Assembly (NCBI GenBank): GCA_964016885.1
Contig: OZ024742.1
Location: 315,270,001-315,334,000, forward strand
Direction: 5' to 3'
Source of the DNA: Eledone cirrhosa
Taxonomy: Eukaryota
DNA: 64,000 nucleotides
The first letter of the stretch is position 1; every line of letters starts with the position of its first letter. Positions 28,023-45,649 of the stretch are shown piece by piece. The notes under the pieces were generated by a model. The model saw only the letters and a program-made list of their open reading frames with translations, was not told the origin of the DNA and searched no databases. The position numbers and the translations under genes were made by a program.

Positions 28023-28258
28023 CAGAGTGAAGAATAACATCGTCAACATTACAAAAAGGGTTTTATTTACAGTATTAACAATATACACACACACACATAT
28101 ATACACTTACATCATATATAATATATATACATATATATATATAAATATATATATATACATACATACATACACATACATACATATACACATATGTACATAG
28201 GTACATACTGACACGTACGTAGATATAGGTATACACACACACACTCACACACATATAT

Positions 28259-29521
<1,263 letters not shown>

Positions 29522-29543
29522 TATATATATGTATATATATATA

Positions 29544-29615
<72 letters not shown>

Positions 29616-29681
29616 TACATATATATATATACATATATATATACATACATATATATATATACCTACTTCTTTATATATATT

Positions 29682-29723
<42 letters not shown>

Positions 29724-29751
29724 CATACATATATATGTCTGTATATGTATG

Positions 29752-29824
<73 letters not shown>

Positions 29825-30265
29825 TAAAATAACAGATTAAAATTTAAGCAAAGAATCGCTGCTTTCACCCTTATTTTTTTACTTTGTTCTTAACTCTGTA
29901 GCGGAGATTCATTCGATCTCCTAGTTAGAATTTTAGTCTACGACTTCTGCTATACCATTTACGTGTTTTGTCTTTGCGTGCTATTGTTCTCCACGCTCCA
30001 CATATGACGTATTATCTTCGTTTTTTTCGTTCATTGCCAGAGAACGTCTCTATGCACCACTTAAGAGAACATTAGTCTACGACCTCTTTTATACCATAAA
30101 CGTGGTTCTGTCTTTGCGCGTAATTGTTTTTCACCGCTCCTATTAATGACGTATTATATTCGTTTTTTCCCGTTCTTTGCCAGCGAACGTTTCCACGAAC
30201 CAAAGTATCGTCTTCCTGTCTTCCTCCGGTTGCAACGTTTTTTGAAATATCCACTTCTGCGTTTA

Positions 30266-30339
30266 CAGATTGACTTTGTTAGTTTCAGAATATCCCGTTA
30301 AGGGTGAAAGCAGCGATTCTTTGCTTAAACTTTAATCTG
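30266..30339 (+). ncRNA. pLTR hammerhead, 5' copy (G8->U, probably inactive)
   Basis: agttt-CAGAATA-tccc(gttaa)gggt-GAAA-gca..tgc-TT-aaact, with distal cagatt/aatctg. Confidence 0.6.
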
Positions 30340-30485
30340 TTATTTTAATAAATATTTGCTCTACGGTTCTTATATATTTGATATATATTTAGCCTTATCG
30401 AGCCCTCTTTGGATTTTAGTCTTCAAATTTATTATTATTAGTATTTGGCTCCCTCGGTTGAGCACTCTACTGACTTATATTCATC

Positions 30486-32615
30486 ATGCAGAAACAACAT
30501 CTGAATATTTCTACAAAGAACATACCCGTACCAAGCAGGAAAACATACCTAAAACTCCTGATACAGAAAACAGACGCGTTCATTAAAAGGTTGCGTTGGC
30601 GTGCCTTTTATTTCGATAATCCGCGAAAAGCAGACAACAAACAGGATAAATTTGGATTTAAAACCTATAATAACCGCCCGTGTAACCCAGCATTGCTACC
30701 CTTCGAAAATGATGTCTTGGAACTCATTCGGAGTATCAAATTTCGGAATAGGAGCAATTCCTTCCAGCAAGACCTGAAGAATAGAATTCGTTCTATTAAG
30801 GATTCTAATGCCGTGCACGTCCATTCCGACAAAACTGGCAACATATATCAAGTGGAGCGCAGTACTTACCATCAACTACTACATAATGCTGTAACTAAGG
30901 ATTACCGTAAAACTAATCGGTTCGTCATCAATGAAATCAACGATGCTGGGTTTAAAATCACATCTGATCTCAACATCCTGGACCGGACCGAACCTCTGGA
31001 CCCTATTTCTCCCCACTTTACCCTGAAGGATCACAAATCCAATTTTCCGAACAACCCCTCTATTCGGCTTATTAACCCTACGAAGTCCGATTTAAGTAGA
31101 CTTAGTAAAACGATTCTTGATAGAACTATACCTAAAATTAGAAGTTTGGCCCCTCTTGCACTGTGGAACAATTCTTTCGCGGTGATTGATTGGTTCAACG
31201 GCATATGTAACAAGGAACATTGCCGTTTTATCCAATTCGACATCAACAATTACTACTCCTCCATCACTTTACCACTTCTCCTTAGAACTATCAATTTCGC
31301 TAAAACACTCACAGTGGTTCAAGAGTTCGAAGTTGATGTCATCCTCAATGCCCGAAAGTCGGTGATTAATTTCGACGACTCCATTTGGATTAAAAAATCC
31401 AATAGTACCCCATTCGACGTGAGTATGGGCGCCAGTGAGTCTGCGGAGGTTACTGATCTTATCGGCCTTTTCCTTCTTTTCTCTATCAAGGACGAATTCC
31501 CCAACGCGGGCGGTGGTTTGTACCGTGACGATGGTCTTTTGACCATGACTAAGTGCGGACCTCGTGCTTGCGACAGGTTCAGAAAAGAACTCACAGCCTT
31601 CTTTAAAGGCTTCAACCTCTCTATGCAGGTTGAGGCCAATCTCTCGGTCCTTAATTACCTCGACGTTACCCTCAATTTATTGAATGGGTTGTATTACCCG
31701 TATAGAAAGCCGAATGATACGCTTAATTACATAAGTAAGCATTCCAACCATCCTGCCAGCATAACCAAGAACCTGGTAAGAAACGTTTCGTTGAGGCTTT
31801 CCCGTCTTTCCACCAACGAGCGTATTTTCAACGACCATTCCACTTATTACAATGAAGCTCTTGCTCGAAGTGGATTTGTCGATAAGGTAGCCTATACAGA
31901 GTACGAAAATAGACCTAGAAGAAATAGATCCCGTCGCATTTGTTGGTATAACCCACCATATAATATGGAGGTGGCCACACCATTAGCTAAGATCTTTCTT
32001 TCCCTTATTACGAAGCATTTTCCCCCTACATATAAATATAGTAAAATTTTTAATAGAAATAATATTAAAATTTCTTACTCTACGACTCCTAACCTTGCAC
32101 ATAACATCACAGCTTCAAATTTAGCTAAACTACCTAGCCGTAGGAACACGTGCAACCCTGTAGTTAGTACTAACTGTAATTGTAGGAATCGGGTTGATTG
32201 CCCCCTATCCGGGAAATGCCTCTCTAGTAACATTGTCTACAAATGTAAGGTTGTAACACCCACGTCCCGTAGGGCCTACATAGGGTTAACCGCCAATAGA
32301 TTCAAGCAGCGTCTTTACATGCATACCTATTCTTTTCGTTACCCTCTAAGAAGGAATATGACGTCACTTTCAGCTTATATCTGGAGTCTAAAAGACAACC
32401 ACACCCAATATAAGTTACACTGGGAGATCCTAGCTAGGGCTAGATCATATAACGGAAGTAAAAGACCATGTGACCTCTGCGCCGCTGAGGCCCTGGAAAT
32501 AGTCTACGTAACAGACCACATCTTAAACAAAAAATCTGAGTCAATTTCGGCTTGTAAACATAAATTGCACAAAACTTTCCTGTATTACAGCCCCACGTTA
32601 TACCCTAACGGATAG
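30486..32615 (+). CDS. PLE reverse transcriptase / GIY-YIG endonuclease, 709 aa
   Basis: N-terminal STKNIPVPS..FIKRLRWRA; DKT motif; RT motifs FDINNYYSSI, MGASES, LYRDDGL, YLDVTLNL; CNC..CPLSGKC linker; IVYKC..AYIGLTANRFKQR..H GIY-YIG; CDLC..E; no in-frame stops. Confidence 0.95.
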   Translation: MQKQHLNISTKNIPVPSRKTYLKLLIQKTDAFIKRLRWRAFYFDNPRKADNKQDKFGFKTYNNRPCNPALLPFENDVLELIRSIKFRNRSNSFQQDLKNRIRSIKDSNAVHVHSDKTGNIYQVERSTYHQLLHNAVTKDYRKTNRFVINEINDAGFKITSDLNILDRTEPLDPISPHFTLKDHKSNFPNNPSIRLINPTKSDLSRLSKTILDRTIPKIRSLAPLALWNNSFAVIDWFNGICNKEHCRFIQFDINNYYSSITLPLLLRTINFAKTLTVVQEFEVDVILNARKSVINFDDSIWIKKSNSTPFDVSMGASESAEVTDLIGLFLLFSIKDEFPNAGGGLYRDDGLLTMTKCGPRACDRFRKELTAFFKGFNLSMQVEANLSVLNYLDVTLNLLNGLYYPYRKPNDTLNYISKHSNHPASITKNLVRNVSLRLSRLSTNERIFNDHSTYYNEALARSGFVDKVAYTEYENRPRRNRSRRICWYNPPYNMEVATPLAKIFLSLITKHFPPTYKYSKIFNRNNIKISYSTTPNLAHNITASNLAKLPSRRNTCNPVVSTNCNCRNRVDCPLSGKCLSSNIVYKCKVVTPTSRRAYIGLTANRFKQRLYMHTYSFRYPLRRNMTSLSAYIWSLKDNHTQYKLHWEILARARSYNGSKRPCDLCAAEALEIVYVTDHILNKKSESISACKHKLHKTFLYYSPTLYPNG

Positions 32616-33524
32616 TACGATCTATACGTGGATATTTTACGTCTTGATGTGAGAGCTAAGTATATGTTTTATTTATACCATTACTTATTTGCATAGGTAA
32701 GTATATATTACCCGTATGTTTTGTGAAGGTACGTATATTTGATTATTTATGTGATGGCGTATAATTTTTATATATTCTGGTACATATGGTTTGGCTATGT
32801 ATATACGGGAGTTTTGCGTCTGTGTGAGTATGCAGGTTCGTACGTATGTAGGGTGGGTGTATATGTGTACTTCATGTTTTGGTTGACTTACGTCTCCGTA
32901 CATTCGTGTATTTACATGTAGGTATGTGTGTGCGCTTGTTATATACGTATTTATTTATTTATATACGTTTATATAATTATTTATTTATTTGTATACACGC
33001 ATACACACACACACACATATTTATATGTGCGTGGTTTTGTATACCTATGGTAAGTGTTTTGCGTATGCTTGTGTATGTACGTATTTGTTTGCGGGTATGT
33101 ATTTATTTATTTCTATTACTTCTGTATTGTATTTATTTACTTTGTTCTTAACTCTGTAGCGGAGATTCATTCGGTCTCCTTGTTAGAATGTTAGTCTACG
33201 ACTTCTGCTATACCATTTACGTGGTTTTGTCTTTGCGTGCTATTGTTCTCCACGCTCCACATATGACGTATTATCTTCGTTTTTTTCGTTCATTGCCAGA
33301 GAACGTCTCTATGAACCACCTAAGAGAACATTAGTCTACGACCTCTTTTATACCATAAACGTGGTTCTGTCTTTGCGCGTAATTGTTTTTCACCGCTCCT
33401 ATTAATGACGTATTATATTCGTTTTTTCCCGTTCTTTGCCAGCGAACGTTTCCACGAACCAAAGTATCGTCTTCCTGTCTTCCTCCGGTTGCAACGTTTT
33501 TTGAAATATCCACTTCTGCGTTTA

Positions 33525-33598
33525 CAGATTGACTTTTTTAGTTTCAGAAGATCCCGTTAAGGGTGAAAGCAGCGATTCTTTGCTTAAACTTTAATCTG
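33525..33598 (+). ncRNA. pLTR hammerhead, 3' copy (U4->A variant core)
   Basis: agttt-CAGAAGA-tccc(gttaa)gggt-GAAA-gca(gcgattctt)tgc-TT-aaact. Confidence 0.7.
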
Positions 33599-33700
33599 TT
33601 ATTTTAATAAATATTTGCTCTACGGTTCTTATATATTTGATATATATTTAGCCTTATCGAGCCCTCTTTGGATTTTAGTCTTCAAATTTATTATTATTAC

Positions 33701-35444
<1,744 letters not shown>

Positions 35445-35756
35445 TTATAAGAATCAAAGTTCTGATCAAATCATTTCTATGCTTACAATTGTTTCCTCCA
35501 AACCGAGGTTTGGATTCTTCGGAGCAATTTATTAATGGATGATCACATATATGACCTCCTTTTCAACCCAAGGGAGATACAGATACATATGCAAACATTG
35601 TTGCTCGGCAGGTCGACAACCATTATAATATTTAGTGTGGCAGTATACATTTAAAGGTTACATTCATATCCAAAGGGGATAAAATCAAAAATTAAGGTTA
35701 AAATACAACATGAAATTAATGCGATAGGGTAGTCATAAGCAGTTAGGATGTTATAG

Positions 35757-36060
35757 TGTCTCCTCGCGAACTATTTCATATGGAGGACTTGCCTCACAGT
35801 CCTAGAAACGGTCATTTTACTGATTCCTCCATCTTGAGCCAACGTCACCATCGATTTTGATGAGTTTGACTCAATCAATCTTTTAAGTTCTGCTAATTTA
35901 AGCGAGGTGTGCGGTCACTGTGAGGCTTTCTCTGGGCATCCTGACTTTTCTTCAAATTGGCTACAACTCTAAAAACAGTAGATTTGGCATACTTTGTGGC
36001 TCTAACCATCTCCCCACCACTTTTGCCGGCGTGGAATAATTCGGCAATTACACTTATATG
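35757..36060 (-). pseudogene. Tc1/mariner-type transposase N-terminal (HTH) relic
   Basis: IAELFHAGKSGGEMVRATKYAKSTVFRV.. followed by GISKMTVSRTVRQVLHMK; stops and deletions. Confidence 0.6.
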
Positions 36061-36490
36061 GTTTAATTCGTTATTAAGATACTGTTTTTTATTGCAAATT
36101 AAACAAATTATGAATAAGTGATTATTCAAGATGGCAATACTTAAAATTTAGACTCCAACAAAATGTCCTCTGTAAAAATGTAAATTATAGAAACCTTGTA
36201 TTTTTATCCTTGTAACTAATCTATTTTATCAGTATTCCTTTATTATAAACTCTTTTTTATTGATATAGTATTTACATGAGAAACTTAAAATATAATATTT
36301 TTCAAATTCGCCAAACTAATTAGAAATTGTTAGCTGTATTTTTTATATCGTGATTATATATGCAAGGGTTGGTTCGGACAAATAAACAAAAACAACCTTG
36401 AATAAAAACAAAACTCAATACCAGTTTATAATATAATTGACCATAATATTTCATTAAGTAGAGAGATAGAGAGATAGAGATAGAGAGAGA

Positions 36491-36547
<57 letters not shown>

Positions 36548-36675
36548 GGGGGAGAGATTACTAACAGAGACCCGGAAAGTTTCATCTTGCTACAGATCAG
36601 TATTTTATTTTTTAATAAACTTTGCGTTGACGAACCAGAAGATATATATTCTTTATTGTGGCTAAGGGATGTGGG

Positions 36676-36714
36676 TTGTTACTCAGGAGTTTCACTTACA
36701 GGATCATTAGACAA
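36676..36714 (-). ncRNA. degenerate hammerhead (G5->A)
   Basis: Minus: ttgt-CTAATGA-tcctgtaagt-GAAA-ctcctgag-TA-acaa; inverted duplicate of the GAAA half at about 36740-36760. Confidence 0.5.
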
Positions 36715-36802
36715 ATCTTGATGATCAAGTGAGCACTCGGGTGAAACTCCAGAGTAACAAGACTTACCACTTTGCCATTATATTATTAAACGCTACTCCA
36801 AA

Positions 36803-37172
36803 GGCGGTGGATTGGCAGTATCGGTAGAGTGTCGGACACTATTCTTTGCAGCATAGAGTTACGCCCCTTTACGGTCTGAGTTCAAATCCCGCCGAGGTTA
36901 ACTTTGCCTTTCATCCTTACGGGGTCGATAAAATAAAGCACCAGTAACGTACTGGGACGATTTAATCGACTTTCTCCTCCTTCCCCCCGCCCCCAAATTA
37001 CTGGTCGTTGATTGGCACTATCAGTAGAGACTCGGACACCATGTTTTGCAGCATAGAGTTACGTTCCTTTACGATCAGAGTTCAAATCCCACCGAGATTA
37101 ACTTTGCCTTTCATCGACTTTCCCCTCCCCCCAAATTACTGGCCTTGTGCCTATACGAGAAACCATTATTAA
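36803..37172 (+). mobile_element. two tandem dominant tRNA-SINEs with probable target-site duplication
   Basis: ttattaaacgctactcca precedes (about 36783-36800) and follows (about 37166-37183) the SINE pair. Confidence 0.85.
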
Positions 37173-37959
37173 ACGCTACTCCAGTATTGAGTTCTCATTC
37201 TCGCATCCGTCAAAATCGCATACAGAGAGAAAATAACGTTCAATTCTATACCACACTTTCAAAAAGAGCTCCGTTCAAAAGTAACTTAGTAAATATAAAA
37301 TACAAATATAGTACGAAATTGATATTACAATATATTCAAAAGACATAAACTGCTTAGAGAAAAGATTTATCTCTACCAGCAATTGTTCACGATTTCTATC
37401 GTCTGCAATATTTGGATAAAGACAGGCAGCAGCTAATCTCACATTGACGAGTTTTCTTTTAATGTTTTTGTTTTTGTTTTTTTGTCGAATTCATTTATAT
37501 AACTTCTTTTCTATTCATAAGTTGTTTCTTTTTTTTACAATATATATTTAATGAGGGATTTAAGAATAAATAAACGGAGATAACGAGAAAAAAGGAAAGA
37601 GATATGTGAAGACAAATAGAGAAAGTGAGAGCGATCTACATTAAAACAGAGTATGAGATAGAGAAAGATACGGTCGAATAAAATACAAATGGCGGTAGAT
37701 GATAGACTTTAAAAAGAAAGAGGAAAAAGAAAATAACAGAGATTGGCAAACAGTAAAAATAAGAAAGAGGGATAGAAGGATGGAGGGAAAGATAAAGTAA
37801 AAGGAAAGAGAAAGAAATAGAAGATAGAAATAGAGCGAACATAAACAGGCAGGAAAATGTGAAACATGAATTTAGAATAACAGAGATAGATACAGATAGA
37901 GAGAGAAACTGTGAGGGAAAAGAGACATATATCGAAAGAGGGAGAAAATACAGGAGAAC

Positions 37960-38694
37960 AGTCAGGACTTAGAAACGATCACCATGGAAAACATTCAGCA
38001 AATAGCAAACTCCATCCACCAGATATTTAAAGTTACCGTAGACTACCCAACCAAACCCCCATACATAAACTAAATATACTACATGCAGAACTGGTTAGAA
38101 ACCTTTGGTATAATAATACAGATCATCCATTTATATTATGTCAAACCCATGGCCTCCAAGTACCTGATCCGCTGAAACCCGGATAACGTGAAAGTCAACA
38201 TACTCACTGCAGACTTAGTAATAGTAATCAAGAATGTGTCCTGCGTGTGCAATGCTAAAGAATTAGAGAGACACATAAAACACTTCATCCACTGCATGCA
38301 ATTATCTAGATACAATCAAAGAGACAGGACCAGGGTGTACAAAGGAGCCAGGGCTAAATGGATGACAATTATAGAAAATTATGCAAATGGGATTTGCCCC
38401 ATATATATAGGAACAAATTTTAGTGACCAGTAGGAATTGAGAAAATAAGTAAATGTATAAATAAATAAACAAATAAATAGATTTAATAAACATACACACA
38501 CAAACCCGGATATTACGCAAGCACAGCTCAAGTACACAGCTCACAAAAACACGATGATGTAATACAGAACAAAGGAGAAACAAAATATGACAAATGTCGT
38601 CACTGAGGAGGTCACAGAATGTGTGATGAAAGAATTTTGATGACAATCAACAACTAAACAACCATCCGATTATTAATCTAACCGACTGGGAAAT

Positions 38695-38700
<6 letters not shown>
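37960..38700 (+). mobile_element. internally deleted PLE (RT relic plus family X tail)
   Basis: DLETITMENIQQIANSIHQIFKVTVDYP resembles the PLE RT post-DD region; ends in an HHR and (TA)n. Confidence 0.6.
38596..38644 (+). ncRNA. minimal type I hammerhead ribozyme (family X)
   Basis: gtcgtca-CTGAGGA-ggtcaca(gaatg)tgtgat-GAAA-gaat-TT-tgatgac. Confidence 0.75.
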
Positions 38701-38758
<58 letters not shown>

Positions 38759-39646
38759 TCAAGGTAATCAGTGCTTGTTGGTTCAAGCAATTAACCGATT
38801 ACGATGTAATCCGGCGTAAGCTCACCACGTCGTAGGCACCATAGAGCATTACCTGTCTGGTGACAACACATCAGATAATTGCTATATAATGACTGATATT
38901 TTTTAAATGTTCATAACAGCATGATGTAATAAACTGAAGATGTATATGTTATACCGTCTTCGTTTTCCTAATGTGTGTGTGTGTGGCTAAATTTTGAGTT
39001 TAGATTTTACTGTTTCATTCTGTTTTAATCAATGTTTTTAAAAATATCGAAAATTACAGTAAATATATATCGTAAATAATGACGTTCATTAAAGGTTCGA
39101 GTAAATGATAGTGATGAAAATACAGACGCAAATCAAATCAAATCAAAACATAAGCTAAAAAGACGTTACAAAAGTAAGTATAACTCACCAAATAGGCGTA
39201 AACAATGTAGTGAATGCTTTATATCTGTCAAGTTTTACAATCCTCTGTCGCAGGCAGTATTTGAATAAATACAGACTTATTTGTATAATCTTTCTATTAG
39301 TATATTTACGTTGTTTTGGCGGAATATCTGGAATAAGGAAATTAAAGAAAATTTTAAATTTATAAAAGTTATTTTCAAGAATGTTTGTTCATAATTTTAC
39401 TATGTATGATGCGGGATTTTATAAAGATGTATATCTCCACACATTCATATATGCATACATGTGTGTGCATACGCACACAGGTGCATATACACACACAGTC
39501 GTATATATGTATGTGTGTATATATATACTCACACGTTTACGTATATATCTAAACACGTGTAAACGTATAAATATGCATAAATATATACACACGCACACAC
39601 ACACATACACATGCATACACACACGCACATACACACACACATGCAT

Positions 39647-39691
<45 letters not shown>

Positions 39692-39692
<1 letters not shown>

Positions 39693-40081
39693 GATAATAA
39701 TAGAGCTGCGGCGTTGCAAATGGGTTACATATGAAAAAGTAAGTCCTTCATCAGTGGCCTTCCAACCGTCCTAGGCATTTCATCGCTTTAAAGGCCATAT
39801 ACCTCAGGTTGGTGCGAACAACGGCTAAAAAAGTCGTTGGGACACGTAAATAAGGGGGACGCTAGGGTGAACAAACAAAATGGTTTAAGCAACAGAAAGT
39901 GACAAGAAAGAGACAAGTCCCAGATTTCTATGAATATAAACTCGGTGAAATCGTGAACGAGAGAATAAAGACCATCAAACCTGGTTGAAATGTGAGCAAG
40001 GAAGGAATTTCGCACAGGTCTAACGGGGGGAAGAAGGGGTCTGGTCTGCGAATTCGGTAAACATAAGTTCTGTGAAGTCGC

Positions 40082-40121
<40 letters not shown>

Positions 40122-40727
40122 AAAAATTCATACCGGCTTGGCCAAGAACGCGCGAGAAAAGAATTCGGACAGGTCAAACGGGAAGAAAGAGGAGAAGGAG
40201 GAGAGGTAGTGACAGAGAATGAGTGAGTGAAAGTTGAGGAAGAGGCTAACAGAGAGAGAGAGACTGCTAGAAAGGGTAAAGATACAAAGAATGAAACAGA
40301 CGGGTGGCAGCAGAGGAAAAAATATATGTGTAAATATGATAATAATGGAGCTGCGGCGTTGCAAATGGGTTACATATGAAAAAGTAAGTCCTTCATCAGT
40401 GGCCTTCCAACCGTCCTAGGCATTTCATCGCTTTAAAGGCCATATACCTCAGGTTGGTGCGAACAACGGCTAAAAAAAGTCGTTGGGACACGTAAGTAAA
40501 GGGGACGCTAGGGTGAACAAACAAAATGGTTTAAGCAACAGAAAGTGAGAAGAAAGAGACAAGTCCCAGATTTCTATGAATATAAACTCGGTGAAATCGT
40601 GAACGAGAGAATAAAGACCATCAAACCTGGTTGAAATGTGAGCAAGGAAGGAATTTCGCACAGGTCTAACGGGGGGAAGAAGGGGTCTGGTCTGCGAATT
40701 CGGTAAACATAAGTTCTGTGAAGTCGC

Positions 40728-40795
<68 letters not shown>

Positions 40796-40935
40796 AATTC
40801 ATACCGGCTTGGCTAAGTGCCCGCGAGAAAAGGATTGTGGACAGGTCAAACGGGAAGAAAGGGGAGGAGGAGAGGTAGTGACAGAGAGTGAGTGAGTGAA
40901 AGGTGAGGAAGAGGCTAACAGAGAGAGACTGCTAT
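39692..40935 (-). mobile_element. 645-bp tandem repeat (about 1.9 copies) carrying a permuted hammerhead-like motif
   Basis: Duplicated blocks offset by 645 bp (39748 vs 40393); abuts (TA)n; homologous to 42545-43200. Confidence 0.8.
39742..39843 (-). ncRNA. candidate permuted hammerhead / K-turn RNA (copy A1; A2 at about 40387-40490)
   Basis: Minus: ccaacc-tga-ggta-TA-tggcctt-taaagcgat-GAAA-tgcc-tag-ga-c-ggttgg-aaggcca-CTGATGA-aggac. Confidence 0.6.
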
Positions 40936-41942
40936 ATATAAATTTAGCGAGAATCGCATTTCGGCGGGTAGAAAAAGCGAAACGTAACGCAAATTCCGAG
41001 TCATGCTGGCAAGCGCTCCTTGGGCTAAAAGACCAGAGCAATAAACATAGGTTATAAAGGCCATACAAACTGGATGCGCTGTGTGTATTTTAGCGCGTGA
41101 GTGTGTTTTTCTTTGTGGTAGAAATCGCTTATTCTCATCACGAATAATATTGTCAAGTGGTTATTGTTATCGAAATTATAAAGACGATTGGCATATTACT
41201 TTATGTTATCGTACGCTTATAGTTATCTGCAAAGGTCCGTTCCAAAATAGACACAATGTATACTAAGAAGCTTTGTAAATTATGTATGGATGGTCCCGTA
41301 ACTTCTGGGAGAGTCGTAGATACTTTAAGCCTGGCGGAGCCCATCCCTCTCCAGGCCTGTAAAATATACAGAAAACTTAATTTTAAACTAAAACCAACTT
41401 GCCAAAGAAAGTTTCCTGCAACATAACATTCACTAAGAGAATGGATTAACAGTTATGAGAATGTGTTATGCTAGTTAAGTTTTACGAGTGTCTGTCGTCT
41501 GCGTTATTCAAATATTGCAGACGAAGAAAATTTCCCTAGTCGCTGCTTTGTTTATTATTTTTATTAATTTCTCTATATGTGTTTTCTGCTTTTATATGTA
41601 TATATCATTTAAGGGGCATATACATTTCAAATCTCAAATATATAGTTGTGTGAGTGTGTACGTCCGTTTGAGTGCATATGAATGTTTCCTGTTACAGTTG
41701 TGTATATTTGCATTTGTGTGTACGTGAAAGAAAGATTTATTTTTACCGGGCGTTCATGAAATACGAAACTATGTAATAGGTAGGAAAAGCAACTGACTAT
41801 AAGAAATAACTTTACAAAATAAGAAAAATATATTCGATGATTTTTGTCTTTTTTATAGCTTCTATTTTCTCATCTTTTGCTTTCCCTAAACTCCAGCAAT
41901 TCTGTTTAACATCTCTCTCTCTCTATCTATCTATCGCTCTCG

Positions 41943-41987
<45 letters not shown>

Positions 41988-42038
41988 CCTCTTTCTCCCT
42001 CTCATCTCTCTCTCTCCCCCTTTCTCTCTCTCTCTTTC

Positions 42039-42086
<48 letters not shown>

Positions 42087-42111
42087 AGATATAAGAGGAT
42101 CAGGATAGAGA

Positions 42112-42410
<299 letters not shown>

Positions 42411-42424
42411 TATATATGTATATT

Positions 42425-43200
<776 letters not shown>

Positions 43201-43407
43201 ATATATATATATACCACGTTCTCTCTATCCTGATCCTCTTATATTAGTTTTCTTTCCTTTAACTCTGTTTCACTTTCTCTCCATTGCTTGTTTTCTATTT
43301 TCTATTTTTATTTTTTTGCTAACAGCACAGTCTTTTACCTACTTCGCTTCTTCTAGCAGACTATTTAATATTCTCTCTATCCTTCTATTTTCATTTATTC
43401 TCGCATT

Positions 43408-43475
<68 letters not shown>

Positions 43476-43478
43476 CTC

Positions 43479-43519
<41 letters not shown>

Positions 43520-45649
43520 GTATGTATATATATATGGTTTACGAAGTTAGTCGAAGAGAACTCGGGTTGTCGATTGATTTGCAGAAACGTTAGAGATCGA
43601 ACAAAATACCTTGAGTTTTCTAGTTTTAATTCTTTACTTTCAAATGCTGCCGGTGTTAACTTTGCTTTAAATCCTTCCGAGATTGTTGAAATAGAGTACC
43701 TGTCAAGTACAGAGTTTGATTTAATTCTATCTAGACTTCCTCCAAATTCTATGACCTAGTGCCATTTAACGCAATCAATAATTCAACATCTTACAACGTA
43801 ATTATTTCCGTCTCCGACTTTATCTGCCTCTCTTCTCCCTCTCTCATTATATGTCTTGCTACTTTCCTCTTTATTAATACCTGCAGCATTGTATTTATAT
43901 AAATAGAAACAGGGGGTGAGAATGGGAGGAGGGGTTAAAGAGATGCGCGCATGCACACAAGTCTGTCCTCGGCTTCAAGTCAAATGAAATTCGTTTATAT
44001 GCATTACAATAATCACCATAAATATTTCATTATAAATCAGCAAAAATCGTGTATTTTTAGCTGTGACGTTTTGCATTTAAAAACATTAAGAAGCAGTCAG
44101 TATGAATATGTATGTATATGTAGTTTTCTTTTTCAAAATTCAATCTGGACACTAAGTAAGAATGCTTTTTGCTTCGTGACATGACGGTTCCAAGGGTTCG
44201 TGAAGATGTTAGTGCGTGCATATATGTTGGTCTCTGAGTAGATATACTTTCACTCATGTAATAGGGACATTCAGTGCCGGCGCCTATAAATTTAGCACCC
44301 TAGGTTAGAGCTACAATATGCGCCCACGTCTCCTGGTTGAAATAATTTCATCTTACAATTTGGCAAGCTGTCAAACCTATCTTTTAACACTTCTTGCTCC
44401 GACCACTCTAAGAAAATTACTAAGCCTGCATTTTCTACAACACAGTCAACATTCACTCACGCCGGTAATTTTGTCATATGTCGTGGTTCTTAGGCACAAA
44501 TGTTGTCCGTAAAACTGACAACCAGTCAGTCATCGAGTTCTGTGCCCAATGTTTTTAATAGGTTAAATAGAACATTGTCGAACATGAGCCTTTTACAACA
44601 ATTGGATTTCAGCAGTGATGTCATATTTTAGGGAAGACGCTTACACCTTACTAATTTCCTAGTTGACTGTACATTGCTTCTAGCATTAAAGTTTTTGGCT
44701 ATTAGTGTACGGTGTGTCGCTTTGGTTGTTTTGTTTATGATAAAATTGTTAATTTGTGCGGAATAGAACGATTTAATTATATTAATCAATTTGCACTTAA
44801 AACATTTTTTATTTTTTTACATAAAACCGAAACGTTTTCAATTCCTTATTCATTTTCCATCTTATGATAGTATTTTTCCTGAGAGATGGAGAAGTAATCC
44901 ATTTTGGCGGGTGTTTTCACTTTGATCTATCTCTGTTCTCTTATCTCGTGATGAACGGTAATTGCAACACAATATGGTTTAATGTCCAAACATCGGAAGT
45001 TTCAATTTATGATAGGTTTTCTTTAATAAATTGGTCAATACAATAACCGATAACATCAAATCAGTAAGCTTTCTATCGACTCCTGTGATTATCGTTCTTT
45101 TACTTAGTGGATTCTCAGAATAAACTGCAATTTAAATAATGAATAGCTTTCCTTAAATCTTGCTGCGAGCTGTTTATATCCGTCATTGATTTTTTTTTAT
45201 TTGTTCACAAGTCTCAGTCGATGTTATTGTGGGAGTCATATCTATGTTATTTTTCTTTTTGGTCATCTGATTTCGGCAATTTTCAAGAAAGTAGAATCTA
45301 TTGGGCTACTTACCGATATTGTCATTTTTTGTGCAATTTTATGAATAGTTTCACTAGATAAAGTAACACATTTCTTCTCAACAAGAAGCATGATATCCAA
45401 TTTGTATCGTACTGAGAAATTCGTATAAAGTTTATTTGATAATTCTGCGACCTGCGATAAATGATAACCAGGCATATGTAGAAATACCCCACCTGTTATT
45501 TGCCAGTTATTTAGCAGAATGGTGACAGTTCGGGATATGTTGGTCTTCTTAACCCTCCTTCTTAACCCAATAGTAACTACTGGATATTAAAATGACAAGA
45601 TAAATATATTTGTTTATGAATATCACCTGTTGTAAATAATGTATATAGG

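Larger units (their letters stand above)
29819..33700 (+). mobile_element. full-length Penelope-like retroelement, Naiad-type
   Basis: About 560-bp direct pseudo-LTRs (29878-30440 and 33136-33699), 5' inverted pLTR fragment (29819-29873 = reverse complement of 30299-30353), single RT+GIY-YIG ORF, (TA)n on both sides. Confidence 0.93.

Noticed and set aside
32616-33135. SECIS element / selenoprotein coding in the Naiad element
   Set aside because: No in-frame TGA in the ORF and no AUGA..AA..GA hairpin recognisable by eye.
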